Assembly (NCBI RefSeq): GCF_009914755.1
Contig: NC_060928.1
Direction: 5' to 3' (one strand)
Length of the DNA stretch: 64,000 bases
From: the human T2T-CHM13v2.0 reference genome, Homo sapiens
Shown: one piece after another, positions 24,165 to 38,103 of the stretch
How the letters are laid out: each line of letters opens with the position of its first letter
How positions within the stretch are numbered: position 1 is the stretch's first letter
The notes under the pieces: generated by a model
The model's database searches: none
What the model saw: the letters and a program-made list of their open reading frames with translations, nothing else
What the model was told of the DNA's origin: nothing
Position numbers and translations under genes: made by a program

Positions 24165-27100
24165 AAACAGAATTGGAAAGCCAAGAGTGCCACTTGCACA
24201 TAAGGAGTGGGAATTCGAACTGAGGTGCTGGAGAAATCCTAAAGATGAACAAGATTTCAGTGAGGAGAAAGCCCTCCTGTCAGTGGTCCCCCTGCATCTC
24301 CTTATGCAATTAGACTTTTTAGGTTTCCCTGCTCCCTTTCAGGAGCATTGGCATCAACGTTATTCTCTCAGTTTATGAACACAGTAGGGGAGGGGCCATT
24401 CCTGTACATCTCTCACAGTCAGATTAAAGCAAAGCCTAGAGTTTGTAAACATAATTCAGGTTCTAATTGCCGAGCTGAGATTGGGAAAGAATTTTTCCTA
24501 ACTCTGGTCTAGCAAGTGGCTGTAGGGAGGCCTTTCTCAAAAATCAGCTGTATTTGCCTTTGACATTGTCCAGGAGCAGAGCACCAGGCTTTATGTTGCT
24601 TGGCACAAGGCAGCTCCTCTGGTTATGTGACTCCTGCTGAGAGGATTTTCACAATTTATTAATGAGCTTTCCACAACCCTGCTTTATTCTCCAAACAGTT
24701 TTACGCTGTCTCTAGGAACAACAAATATATCTGGGCACTGTGGTTGAATGAATACCAGACAATTGTGTGAATGTTGTATTGGACTTCCTCTTCCCTCCCT
24801 TCCCAATCTAAATAGCATTCCTATTTCAGGAGCCGATGGTGTGATTCGAAACAACTGCTTGGTTGAAGGATGGGGGGCAGGATCGAGAAGGAGAGAGGGA
24901 AGGGGCAGTGCTGATTCTGGAGAGGTGTATGTAGTGTTTTGTCTTGGTTTATTTTAAAGATCAGAGAGTAATTGGAAACAATTATTTTTTAATTAATAAC
25001 TTGGGAAAGGTGAACAGAAGCATTTCACAGGGTTTTACCGTGTGCACACTGAAAATAAAACACTTTATGCTATGCTTCAATAATTTATCACTTCTTGACA
25101 GGGGCTTGGAAAAGGTCCAGTATGTAAGTACAAATCACCAATTTGCTCTTTTATAAATGAGTTCTTTTAAGGAGAAAATGGATGGCTCTCCAAGTGGAGC
25201 ATACATGTTCTCATTTGTTTTGTAGAATATGTGGGGCTGCAGGTTATTGTGTCCCTTCATTCACTTATATCAGCCACCTCTAAAAGCAATTCCATTGTAG
25301 TCTCCCACTAATCTGTAGCATCCTGTTTTTTCTAACTTCTTCCCTGACCTCGCCTTTGATATATAAGTCTTTATTTTCCCCTTGCCATCTCTCTAGTTTA
25401 ATAGCTCTACAGTGGAGTACTGTTTTCAACCATGGAACTACTTTTAATCAAGATCAACTTTGGGAAGTGCTGCCATTTTTATGGTAATAAAGGACTGTAT
25501 TATGCACTTGAACCCGCTCAAGTTGTCCCCTGTGTATACCTTCACATAGTAGAACCATGAAACAAAGTGTAAATGCTTAAATTGCTTTGTTCTTAACTGT
25601 AGTCTCCTAGAGGTCAGTGAATGATTTCTAGTTGCATTGTAGCGAAGACATTTGTTCCAGGTTGAAGAATTTTTTACTTGAGAACATACATTTTCCCTGT
25701 CTGTGTGCCCCCAAACCCTGTCTGCCACACTCTTTCTCTTGGGCTGTGACAAAACAGAATGTTTAGCGAGAAACAAAATTGTGCTCGATTTTCAGACTAT
25801 CTGACTTCATTTTCTGTTTTGGTCTTTGAGCTATTCCTTGGCTAATCTTCCAACAAGTCGAATTGATTCTTATTTCAAAACTGTTTATCCCAAAACAGAG
25901 CTGTTGACAAGTACAAATACAGATGGCAGACATGTGGTATGATTTTCATGTTCTCATCTCAGCATTCAGGAAGGGAATGTTATTGAAAGATGGTTTACAT
26001 CTGAAGCTTTCTGCTCAAGGCAATATGGAATGCATGCTAGGAGCGCTTAATTATGCTTAATTAATAATAGTAACAAATGCTTACGGGATTTCCTTAAGGT
26101 CTAAAAGTGCAGCAGCATTGGACTTGCTGTGTAAGGCTTACCGCCCCGGAGGCTATAATAATCTGTAACAATAGAAGCAACCTCTAGGGGGTAAAATTGT
26201 CTTTGATAATCACTGACTCTTGGGTGACCTCAGTACAGCATTCCAGGCCAAAGATCCAGAATGTTCCCTTACTGGGGGCAGACACGCCTATGATTGCACT
26301 GACCTTTGTCCTCCGAGCAGATGATCCTCCAGAGTACTGGCTAGCTCTTAGATTCAGAGGTAAATCCCAGCCCATGCTGTGGCCTTGCTGTTCCCCACAG
26401 CCCAACTGCATTAACTATAATTTTTTTTTCTCCACAAAAAGAAATTGTTGGTGAAAGGAAGACAACCTTCAGTTTTTCTCCCCACCGACCTGGTTTCAGG
26501 AGGCCGTGTGCTCAGTGGAGTGTCTCTGCCTGTCTTCGCTAAGCTTGCCCCTGACCATTGTGGAGGTAGATGCCACCTAAGAGTGGCAGGGTTAGTCCTG
26601 ACCTCTGGGGTCTGAATATCCAGCAACTATCTTAATTCCAGTCGCTGCTGTCTGTTGTACCACCAGTACACAGCAGTACAGCTGTGTCTCTGTTGTTGAC
26701 CGACTAACTTAGATTCACTGTTGAAGTCCAATTAGCCAGAGTGGGGGTGAAAATGCAAGAGTGGACGGTGAGAGTGGTATGTGTCATGTACGACAGGACA
26801 GTGGAGAGAGCCCTCTCTGATACCTGTTAGTCCCTCCTTTAAAAGATGCGGGAGGTGGCCAGGGAGTGGGGATTTCAGAATGTGGTGGCAGAAATCAGTT
26901 TGGCATTTATTGGATGACAGCTGTAGGCAGGCACTGTGCTATACCTTAGGGGGGTAGATAAAAAAGGAAATATGACATTGCACCTTCCATACTGAGTTTG
27001 TAGGTTTGGGTATTTATGGGGGAAAGTGGTACCCTCCATCCTTTTTTTAAAAAATTGGGCCAAAATTGTAAGAATTCTTTTAAAAACCTGAACATTTTAG

Positions 27101-27769
27101 ATGGATTTGAGCATCTCAACTGTATGTTCGTATCTTGAAATTCCAAATAAACTCAGGAGTGGATAATTCTGAAATCTGAACGTAACTATGCCCTGTTTAC
27201 CCACAGGCCCAGGTAGTTCAGCCTCCCATCTTTGTTTTTTTCCTTCTCCTAGAAAAGCCAGCTTTTGTGTGGTTTAACTGAACAGTCATGTTGGATTTTT
27301 TTTTATTTGAAGACCCATTTTGACTCATCTGCAGCACTGAAGGATTTTCTTCATAGTAATTTGGGAGTTATAGCAGATAGAAAGGCAGAGGCATATTCCA
27401 GGAATTTCATGAAATATAAAACACTGAAACACTTGGGATAGGCTAGTTTTCAATGCCTAGGTTACACAAATGTCCAAATTCACATGGGCTTAATTTATTC
27501 CAAGTTTTATAATGGGATGGATGTTGGTGAGTTTGGCAATATACCAATAATTTGGATTAAAGGAGAGGTTAGTTTATGAAAAGTTTACGTAACAATCTTA
27601 GGCAATTTTATTACCATCATGTGCATACGGTATTTCAAGTCACTATTCAGTGTTTATATCAAATAGACGTTTTATTGAACTTGGAAAAATGAAAAAATTA
27701 AAAATGTGTAATATGTACGGTAGAGTGGATGTTGCTGGGATACAGGGCTCCTTATACCCCGCCCACAGT

Positions 27770-28140
27770 AGTGTGTTAGTCACAAACCCCAAATCTCAGT
27801 GGTTTGAAACAACTAATGATCTTACTTATGCTCCATGTGCACAGGGGCCCATAGGTGGGACTCCACTGATTGCAGTCACCTGGGGGCCCAGGCCGAGGGA
27901 GGTAGCACCTTATGTTTCCACCATCTCAACCTGAGGAATCAGCATCTGCTGTGGCAGGGGAAGGGCAGAAAGGATCACTCCCTGGCTCCTAAAACCTTTT
28001 GCTTAAAGCTAGTGTCACTTCTACCCCATTATTAGGCAAAGCAAGTTACACGGTCAGGGCTTACTTTAAGTTTTCAGAAAAGTATAATCCTTTCATGGAC
28101 CCAGGAGAGACAACCAGAAATACTGGTGAACAGTGGTAGT
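27770..28140 (-). mobile_element. Old MLT1-like LTR fragment
   Basis: acaaaccccaaatctcagtggttt...aagcaagttacacgg. Confidence 0.5.
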
Positions 28141-28156
28141 AACCTACCACATGATG

Positions 28157-28562
28157 TGTACTAGTCATGGTTCCTCCAGAGAAACAGAACCAATAGGATG
28201 TATAGAGAGATTTTAAGGACTTGGCTCCCACAATTGTGGAGGCAAGCCCAAAATCTGCAGGGTAGGCTGGCAGCCTGGAGACCCAGGGAAGAATTGCCAC
28301 TCAAGTCTGAAGGCTGGCTGCTGGAAGAACTCCCTTTTCCTCCAAGGAAGTCAGTGTTTTCCTATTAATGCCTTCAACTGATTGGATGAGGCCCACCCAC
28401 ATTATGGGGGGTAGTCTGTTTTATTTACTTTAAATAGGTCTACTTATTTAAATGTTAATCTCATCTTTAAAAAATAGCTTCATAGCAACATCTAGAGTAA
28501 TGTTTGACCAAATATCTGGGTACCATGGCCTAGCCAAATTGATACATGAAGTTAACTATCAT
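28157..28562. mobile_element. MLT2 (ERVL) LTR
   Basis: ccagagaaacagaaccaatagga...ttaactatca. Confidence 0.8.
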
Positions 28563-30081
28563 GGTATGTTAACCATATCCTTTGCATTATACATTTTCTT
28601 AATCATTAGTAAAGCATTCAGAAGTATAAAGCATCGGTGTGATTTTTACTATATTGAAAAAAGAATTCTTTCTTTGTTAAGACTTGGGTTGAGGGACCTG
28701 TGCTCTTGGTGTCTTAATCTATTTTTCATTAGATTCCAAAGAAAATAGTAACTGGTTTCTTCATGGTTTCAGAAGCTGAGTCTGAATAGATTGTTTTGGT
28801 TTGGTTTTGTTGCTGCAGTTTAATTTACAATTTTCCAATTAATATATTCCTATATTTAAAAGAAAATGCAGAAGGTGACCATCTTTCATTAGACCAGGTA
28901 ATTTTATCTCAAGCCAACCAAATGTGTTCCATCCACATACTGTGAGGAGATGATCATGGAGTCTTTAGTATACCTCAGAACTTGCCTCATGTAAAATGTG
29001 TCTCAAAGGCACAGGGCATGTTACAGCTAAAACTTTACCTTATCACTTTTCATACAGTGGGTTTTTATGGCTCTCCCTTTTCAGTATATTCAAAACTCTT
29101 TACAAGTATCTTCCTCCTGAGAAAGTGCATGTGTTCCTGTCTTGTTCAAAGATGTCCCATCAACAGGACCTGATCTCCAGTTTGCTTTTGTCTTTTTCCT
29201 AATTGTGATATTCTTGGCAGAGCCTGCTTCACACCCTGTTCCTTGTCCCCCTGGCACTGACATAGATAGATTTCTGAGATGATTTCTCCATGCTGGGAGT
29301 GCAGTAGAGGAGACTCATGAGGATCAGACCTCCACCTTGGTTTCATTAGCCAACTAAGCTAATCCTCACATTCTCCTCTCGTAGTCACTGAACAAGGTAG
29401 TCCCTTTTTCCACATGAGGAAACCTGAAGCAAAGAGGTTAAAGTGACTTGCCGAGGGTCACTTGGTGAGTCGCTGCAACTACAGTAACAGTTCCTTCTGC
29501 TATTTGATCAAGTGCATAGGTGTGGGCTCCATTGATTTCTTCTTCTAGCATGCATTTAATTAATAAATCAATCTTCTCTTCTGATTCATCCTACCAGTAG
29601 TCGAATGAAGAAGGTCCCAAAGTGTGCACACAGACTGCTGTCCTCTACATTCAAAGATGATGTTGCTGACAGTGATTTGCTATCATCCTGCTTGAGTGTG
29701 ACAGGAAATATCAATAGTTGGCCAACAGCCCTTTATACACCGGGCCAAGGTAGAAAACTGCTCCTTGGCTTGCGTCTGCAGGCACTGTTTGCAGAGACTA
29801 GCAGTTTTTGAGATGACTGTCTCTTAGAATTTGTTTTTTCTTCCCTGGAGTCTCTCTAATCCTAATTACTACTCAACAGGCTGTTTCCCAGCAGCCGTTT
29901 GCTGGACCTTTGTGTTAGAAGCTGTGCATCATCAGACCCAGTAGGTCTGTAGGAGAGAAGTGGAGACAGGCTGTGTGTGCATCTGAATCGACTTTCCCTC
30001 CCTGGGCAATGCTGACTAAATCTGTGGTTCTTTTGTCAGTGACTCATTTGCTCAGATGCTGAATGAAGACTGAAGTAATTT

Positions 30082-30361
<280 letters not shown>

Positions 30362-30676
30362 TGAAGTAATTTAATGTCTTTTCTCACGTGAGATTTGCCA
30401 TGTCACTTGGCCCCCTTCTCTGTATCCCTCATTCTCATTTTGTGTACTTAGGACTTTCCCAGGCCCCATTCCTTGAGCACAGCCCATACCCCAAAACCAC
30501 TCTACCCCCAACCTTGGGCACATTGCTTAAAATCACCATGCAATCATTTTAAATTCAACCATGTTAGGTTGTGCATTTTGTGTTAAGTACATTTTTTGTG
30601 ACATGTTTACTTACAATTTCTCTTTTCTTATTCTTATCATTTTTCAGTGTATTATAAAACATTAGAACTTTTTTTT

Positions 30677-30982
30677 TTTTTTTTTTTTTTTTTGAGACGG
30701 AGTCTCGCTCTGTCGCCCAGGCGGGACTGCGGACTGCAGTGGGCAATCTCGGCTCACTGCAAGCTCCGCTTCCCGGGTTCACGCCATTCTCCTGCCTCAG
30801 CCTCCCGAGTAGCTGGGACTACAGGCGCCCGCCACCGCGCCCGGCTAATTTTTTTTGTATTTTTAGTAGAGACGGGGTTTCACCTTGTTAGCCAGGATGG
30901 TCTCGATCTCCTGACCTCATGATCCACCCGCCTCGGCCTCCCGAAGTGCTGGGATTACAGGCGTGAGCCACCGCGCCCGGCC
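30677..30982 (-). mobile_element. AluYb8-type young Alu
   Basis: Yb diagnostics: 7-nt duplication (ggactgcggactgcagt), caccttgttagcc, gacctcatgatcc, gcttcccggg; CpGs intact; TSD tagaactttttttt. Confidence 0.9.
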
Positions 30983-31319
30983 TAGAACTTTTTTTTAACT
31001 TTTCATTGAAACTGATCACTTTAAGTACTGTGAGGGAAAAATGCAGGATGTCAAAGAGATATAGCAAGCCTTGATCAAAATGCCGTATTGTGTTTGCATT
31101 TCCAGAAAAAAGGGGAACATCTATTGTAAAAAAATTAAAATAGATGGGTGAGAGGTTGAGAGATAATAGATAATAGATACTATTTCCCATGATTAGAACT
31201 GTTTTCCTGAGTGAACCTATATACCCTGTTCAGAGAAATGAATTTATTTTAACTGAAAGGAAAACCAGGTTGAATGATCATCAGGTAGAGAATTTTTTTG
31301 GGGGGGGCGGTGGGGAATG

Positions 31320-31465
31320 GACAGAGTCTTGCTCTGTCACCCAGGCTGGAGTACAGTGGTGTTGTCATAGCTCACTGCAGCCTCAACCTCCTGGCCTCAA
31401 GTGATCCTCCCATCTCGGCCTCCTGAGTAGCTGAGACTACAGGAGCACACCACTATGTCCAGCTA
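31320..31465 (-). mobile_element. Alu right-arm/FRAM fragment
   Basis: Single Alu arm. Confidence 0.75.
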
Positions 31466-32350
31466 GGTAGATAATTTGAAAGCCATTCTTTTTAATTAAA
31501 AACCAGTGCAGACTTTTAACATGATCAATTTTGCTGCTGTCATTCATTTCCCTTTAATGAAGTGAAATTTACCCCAAATTATGATTCTCTTCTTTCTCCC
31601 TCTTTCTACTTCTGTTTTATGGGAGAAGCCAGCTTTTAAACTCTGTAGTTGGAATCCCCTACCCCTACCTCGCCTAAATTATCTTGGCATTATTTCTCTC
31701 CTATTTGCCCTTATTCTGAATTTCATGTCAACTTATTTATTATTTTAACAAGCTGACCCTTCCTCAAGCTTTCTGTGTGGAGGGGAAGGGACTGTGCTGG
31801 AGTCCCTGTTGTATCTCAGTGGAAGCTGTTCTCCTGACATAGCTGGTGATTTTGTGGGCAGTTGGTGTGTGAATGCCACTGACCTAGGTACTTTAGGAAC
31901 TTGACAAAACCTGAAGAAAAGAGTTTCCTATCAGGATTTTACAACAGTGAGACCAGATCAATTTCAGTGCCATTGTATATCGGAAGCTCCTTGAGGGCAG
32001 AGCTGTGTTTCTCTTGGCTTTTTATTTCCAGTGCCTGAAGGTGCCTGAGATATTGGTGTTCATTTGCTGTTTTCCTGCTGACAAATAATTACATAGAAAC
32101 AAAATCCTGGTGTCTTTAGATAATTTACCTAGGTCTTTGGTAAGCATTTTGGCTTCCAGATAGAAATTCTCTCATCCTCAGCATCAGGCTCATTATTATT
32201 ATTTGAAAATTTGAAAACACTGGCAAAGAGGCAAGTTGCAGTGCAGTAATAAGGTCCTTAATTTTCTACCATCTGCTGGAAGTTCATTCTGCTGCAAGCT
32301 GACCATCTGATGCATTTTTGGTTTGTTGGGCTGACAGTTTTACTGCTTAG

Positions 32351-32899
<549 letters not shown>

Positions 32900-33224
32900 T
32901 GAAAATTTGTAAAGTATCTTTTTGAATACAAACTCCAAAGAGAAAGAAAAAGAGAGCCTTCAGAGAGCTAACACATATTCAAGTCTTACTTTGTGCTGGC
33001 CATTGTTCTAAGCTCTTTACAACTAATTTCATCTTCAGAACAACCCTATGAAATTGATATTATTATTCCATTTATAAATGAGGAAATTGAAGCACACAGA
33101 AAGGAAGAAACTTGCTCAATATCACCCAGTTAGTTACTGGCAGAGGTGAGATTTAAACCCAGCAGTCTGGGTCCAGAGACTTTAAACCACTTGCACCTGA
33201 ATATGTCAAGAAGCCCAAGCCCAT

Positions 33225-33895
33225 TTTGAGTTAATTTTTGTATGTGTTGCAAGATAAGCATCCATTTTCATTCTTTTGCATGTGGATATCCAGTTTCCTA
33301 GCACCATTTATTGAAGAAACAGTCCTCTCTCCATTGTGTGTTCTTGGTACCTTTTTCTAAAATCAATTGATCTTAGATATGTGGGCTTATTTCTGGGGTC
33401 TCTGTCTTGTTCCATTGGCCAGTATGTCTGTTTTCATGCTAATACCATGCTGCTTCAATTATTATAACTTTGTAATAGATTTTGAAGTCAGGCAGTGTGA
33501 TGCCTCCAGCTTGTTGTTTTTGTTCAGTATTGCTTAGCTATTTGGGGTCTTTTGTGGTTCCATACATATTTTAGGATTGTTTTTTCTATTTCCTTAAAAA
33601 GTGATATTGGAATTTTGAGAAGAATTACATTGAATCTGTAAATTGTTTTGCATAGTATGGACATTTTAACAATATTGATTCTTTCAATTCATGAACATGG
33701 GACACCTTTCGATTCGTTTGTGTCCTCTACTATTTCTATCATCAATGTTTTATAGTTTTCAGTATATAAATCTTTCACCTCCCTGGTGAAATTTACTCCT
33801 AAGTGGTTTTTTTTTTTAATGTTATTGTAAATGAAATTGGTTTCTTCATTTCTTTTTGAGGTAATTCATTTTTAGTGTAAATAAATGTTACTGAT
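33225..33895 (-). mobile_element. L1 ORF2 fragment
   Basis: ttgcatgtggatatccagtttcctagcaccatttattgaag...tagtatggacattttaacaatattgatt. Confidence 0.85.
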
Positions 33896-34034
33896 TTTTT
33901 TTTTCTTCTTTTTAGACAGAGTCTCACTCCCATCGCCCAGACTTGAGTGTAGTGATGTGATCACTGCTCACTGCAGTCTCAGCCTTCCAGGATCAGGTGA
34001 TTCTCTCACCTCAGCCTCTTGAGTAGCTGGGTAA

Positions 34035-34310
34035 TAGGGAGATGCTGATCAAAAGGTACAAAATTTCAGTTAGGAGGAATAAGCTTTAGTGATCTATTAC
34101 ACAGAATGTATAATAATGTATATTTCAAAATTGCTAAAAGAATATATTTTAAATGTTTTCACCACAAAAAAATGATAAATGTGTTAGGAGTTGGATTTGT
34201 TAATTAGCTTGATTTAATCATCCCACAATGTAAACATATATCAAAACATCATATTGTAGCACATAAATATATAATATATACAATTATTATGTTAATTAAA
34301 ATTTAAAATA
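34035..34310 (+). mobile_element. L1MA-like 3' end
   Basis: aaaggtacaaaatttcagttagg...ttaattagcttgattta. Confidence 0.75.
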
Positions 34311-34339
34311 ATTACTTGAAAAGAAGACCAAACTCCCAG

Positions 34340-37050
34340 ATATGCTGAGACTTTTCAGAATAAAGTGGACAACAAAGGGACAAGGCCACTCATTAATGAG
34401 GATAGCCTGGTGTTAACAGATGGCGTGGAGGCCAGGCAACTCGGGTCTTATTTTGTTTCTTTGTCCTTCAAAAAGAATCATCTCCAAGCTGAAAATATTT
34501 CTAGGGGAGAAACGGAATCCACCAAAATAAAGAAGACTGGAACTCCTCTAAGTTAACTCTCCAGGGGCACTGATGATATCACACTGCACAAAGCAACTTG
34601 CAGGTGACACAGGAAACACTGTTAGGCACCTGTGAGACATTGAGGAAAATGAGACATGAGCAAATAAATGCCCTGGTTTTAAAAAGGAAGAAAGGGTAGG
34701 GAAACAACAGACCAGCAACCTTGATGCAAAAACCGTGAATACTCAAAAGAAGTAGAAAATATGTAGAAAAAAAAGTTGTGGTTTAAAAGCCAATATGGGT
34801 TCACTTAAAGAAGGCATGTCAAGACCACAGAATATTTTAATAGGTCTAGAAACTACATCTATTAAAATATGTAGAACCTATACCTTCTACACTACTAAAC
34901 TAGAAGGATATTGTAATTGTAACATCATCATCATCATTGATGCCACTATCATTATCATCCTGGGTAAAAACTACTGAGCAGTTTCTTTGTTACAGGTGCT
35001 ATATATCTGCAACACTCAGTATAAACTGCCTCATTTAATCCTCAGAACCAACCACCCTATGTCATAGTATGGTCTCACTTAATCTTAGCAACACATTGAA
35101 CAAAATTTCTTAACTATGTGGACAAAAATAAAATAGAGTAGTTGTTAGTATGACTGGAGGATTTATAACTGCTTGGAAAAGAAAAGGCAGTGCACATAAA
35201 TACAGCCATGTGGGCAACTATACTTAAAATGTATCACAACCTCCTGTACTTGGTTCTATAGAGTTTATTATTTTCATCAACTCCCAGGTAAAGGAATCAA
35301 AGATTTTTCATATTATGTAGTATAAGGAAGGATGGATAATACTAGGAATAATAGAATCAAGAGTAAAAAAATTCAATAAGCTAGAATAAGAGAATGAAAG
35401 CATTAAGCTGGAGACAAAAGGCATTTCAATTTAGGATTTTTTTTAAAAAGCTATATAACACAGTTTGGGGAGACCCAGAATTATTGAGTCTCATTGTTGG
35501 AAGAAATGTTTGGTCTTCTAGCCCACCCAAGAAGTCCCACTAAGTAGTTCTCTAGTTCTGTGTTTTTCAGTCTGCATAATATGGCATGGGAAATTAAATC
35601 AATTTAGTGGTTAAAGGTCATCAATAAAAAAATGGAAACAAATCAATGTGCACCATTTATAGCATTTAGTATTATTGTGTTAAATATGTTTCCATTTTAT
35701 TCTTGGTGTGGGTACACTTGGGGCTGATAAAAAACATATTTTCTACCATAGGTTGTGGTCAAAAAATTTGAAATCCACTGCTATGGCCAATGCTTAAATA
35801 CCTTTCTTTCATTGCCTCATTTACAGATACTGTCTACAAGGAAATCTGGGGGGCATCCTTTTTGTCTTTGTACACATCTGGCTCATAGGGAGATATTTTT
35901 CTTTTAGTAGTGAATTTAAATTTGTCTCACTGTAGCTTGAGCACCTTGGTTTGTGTCTCAGCCTTGCCACATACTGGTCATAAGATCTTGCTCAAATCAT
36001 TTTACCTCTTTAATCCAAAATTTTTCTTATCTGTAAAAATGGCAATATTTAAAATAACAGATCGATATTTTCCATACCTATTATGAGGGTAAAATTGATT
36101 TTTTTAAAATAGAAGGCATATTAAAAACTCTGAAGATTTTACAAATGCTATTCTTTATAACCCTTAAGTTTACCTTAAACAAACCTAATCTTTTGTTGTC
36201 AACCCTTCAGATATTTTAGGAAGCTATTATGAATCTTCTTTCCTCAAGATGAAACTCCTTGTTGGCTCAACTGCTCTTCACAGATGCATAATTTTGGAGT
36301 CCATACACCACCCTGGTCACTCTCTTTAGAATACACTCCAGTTTTGTACATTTATTCTATTTTCAACTGTATGTTAATTTTAAAGTACAGCATGCAACAT
36401 GAAAATTAACATGCACACAATGAGAGGAGCTGTGTTAGGCGAAGGAGCTTATTGATGATTACTTTGCTTTTTCAAAAATTGTGTTTAATGTTGGCATATA
36501 CCCCATCTTCCATAGAAATAAAGTAGGGTGTTCAGGATCTAATTTCAAATGTAGACTAGTAATCTCAAAGTGTAATGGGACAATTATATCCCTTGTTCAG
36601 GAGACAAAATTGCTCCCAAAACCTTCTTTTGTTCTGTTTTTTCATGGCATATTTTAAGCTTAAAACCCTAAAGGTTTTGTTTTGTTTTGTTTTTAAGTGT
36701 CTGCTTGTGAGCCCTGTCTCCTCCATCCTGGGTTTAAGCCATTGGTTTTTTCTGACCTAAGAAAAGCACTTAACATTTGTCCTTGTTTAATTTCATCTTG
36801 TTAGATTCAGCTCATTGCTCTGGGCTGTCAAGATCATTTTTCATCATTATTCTGTCATGCAGTCATCTGCCTGCTCCTCCCAGTGGCTGGTCACCCACAG
36901 GCCAGAGGTGCATGCCCGCCACACCTTTCTCACACAGTGCTGGAGGGAAGCCACAGGGAACCCCTGTCCAGGTGACATGACAGAGCTGACAGTCAGCATC
37001 CTTTAGGGGACGTTCTGCAGCCAGTTTAGAATGTATCTAGTTGTCTTTGT
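34340..37050. mobile_element. Scattered ancient CR1/L3-like fragments, apparently in both orientations
   Basis: ttttaaaaaggaag...aacaacagaccagc and tttaatttcatcttgttagattcagctcattgctc resemble L3/CR1; highly diverged. Confidence 0.4.
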
Positions 37051-37303
37051 GTTATTTTAACCAATTTTTCTTTTTATGGTCCCTAAAGGTAATGAGAAAT
37101 AGGCAGCTGATTAAGTTTACCATTTTTACTTCTCTGCCAGGAAGCTCAGAGTATGGGTCAACGGTCCATTTTTAATGGGTCTAAGCCACTTTTAAAATCT
37201 AGTAAAAATAAAATAATAACACATGATATATTAGGGTTCTCCAGTAAACAAAACCAACAGGAGATAGGTAGATATAGATATAGATGTGCCTATATAGAGA
37301 AAT

Positions 37304-38025
37304 GTAGTACTCCCTTCCTATCCGTGGTTTCATTGTGGTTTTAGCTATCTGTATCAGCCATGGTCTGAAAATATTACATGGGAAATTCCAGAGATAAACA
37401 CTTCATAGGTTTTAAGTGTGCCCTTTTCTGAGCATGGTAAAATCTCGTGCTGTCCCACTCCATCCCACCTGGACATGGGTCATCCGTTTGTCCAGCGTAT
37501 TCATGCCATAGACACTCTCTACCCATTAGTCACTTGGTGGCCACGTCAATCACCAGATCAACTGTCTCAGTATTGCAGTACTTGTATTCAAAGAAGCCTT
37601 TTTTGATTTCATAATGGCCCCAAAGCCCAAGAATAGTGATGCTGGCAATTCGGATATGCCAAAGAGAAGCTGTAAAGTGCTTCCTTTAAGTGAAAAGAAG
37701 AACATTCTCAACTTAATAAGGAAAGAAAAAGAATCATATACGGAGGTTCCTAAGATATAAGATAAGAATAAATCTATCTGTAAAATTGTACAGAAGGAAA
37801 AAGAAATTCATGCTAATTTTGCTGTCATACCTCAAACTATAAAAGTTATGGCCACAGTACATGATAAGTGCTTAGTTAAGATGGAAAAGATATTCAATTT
37901 GTAGATAGAAGATGTGAACAGAAATATGTTCCGATTGATGACAATCAGGTTTGGTACTATCTGTGGTTTCAGGTATCCACTAAAGGTCATGGAATATATA
38001 CCCCTTGGATAAGGGGGAACTACTG
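37304..38025. mobile_element. MER44/Tigger7-family DNA transposon
   Basis: Inverted termini tagtactcccttcctatcc and ggataagggggaactactg followed by TA. Confidence 0.75.
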
Positions 38026-38027
38026 TA

Positions 38028-38100
38028 TAGATAGAGATGGAGATGGAGATAGAGATGGAGATGGAGATGGAGATAGAAATAGAGAGAGAGAGAGATAGAA
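38028..38100. repeat. (GAGATG/GAGATA)n simple repeat
   Basis: Directly visible. Confidence 0.9.
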
Positions 38101-38103
38101 GTA

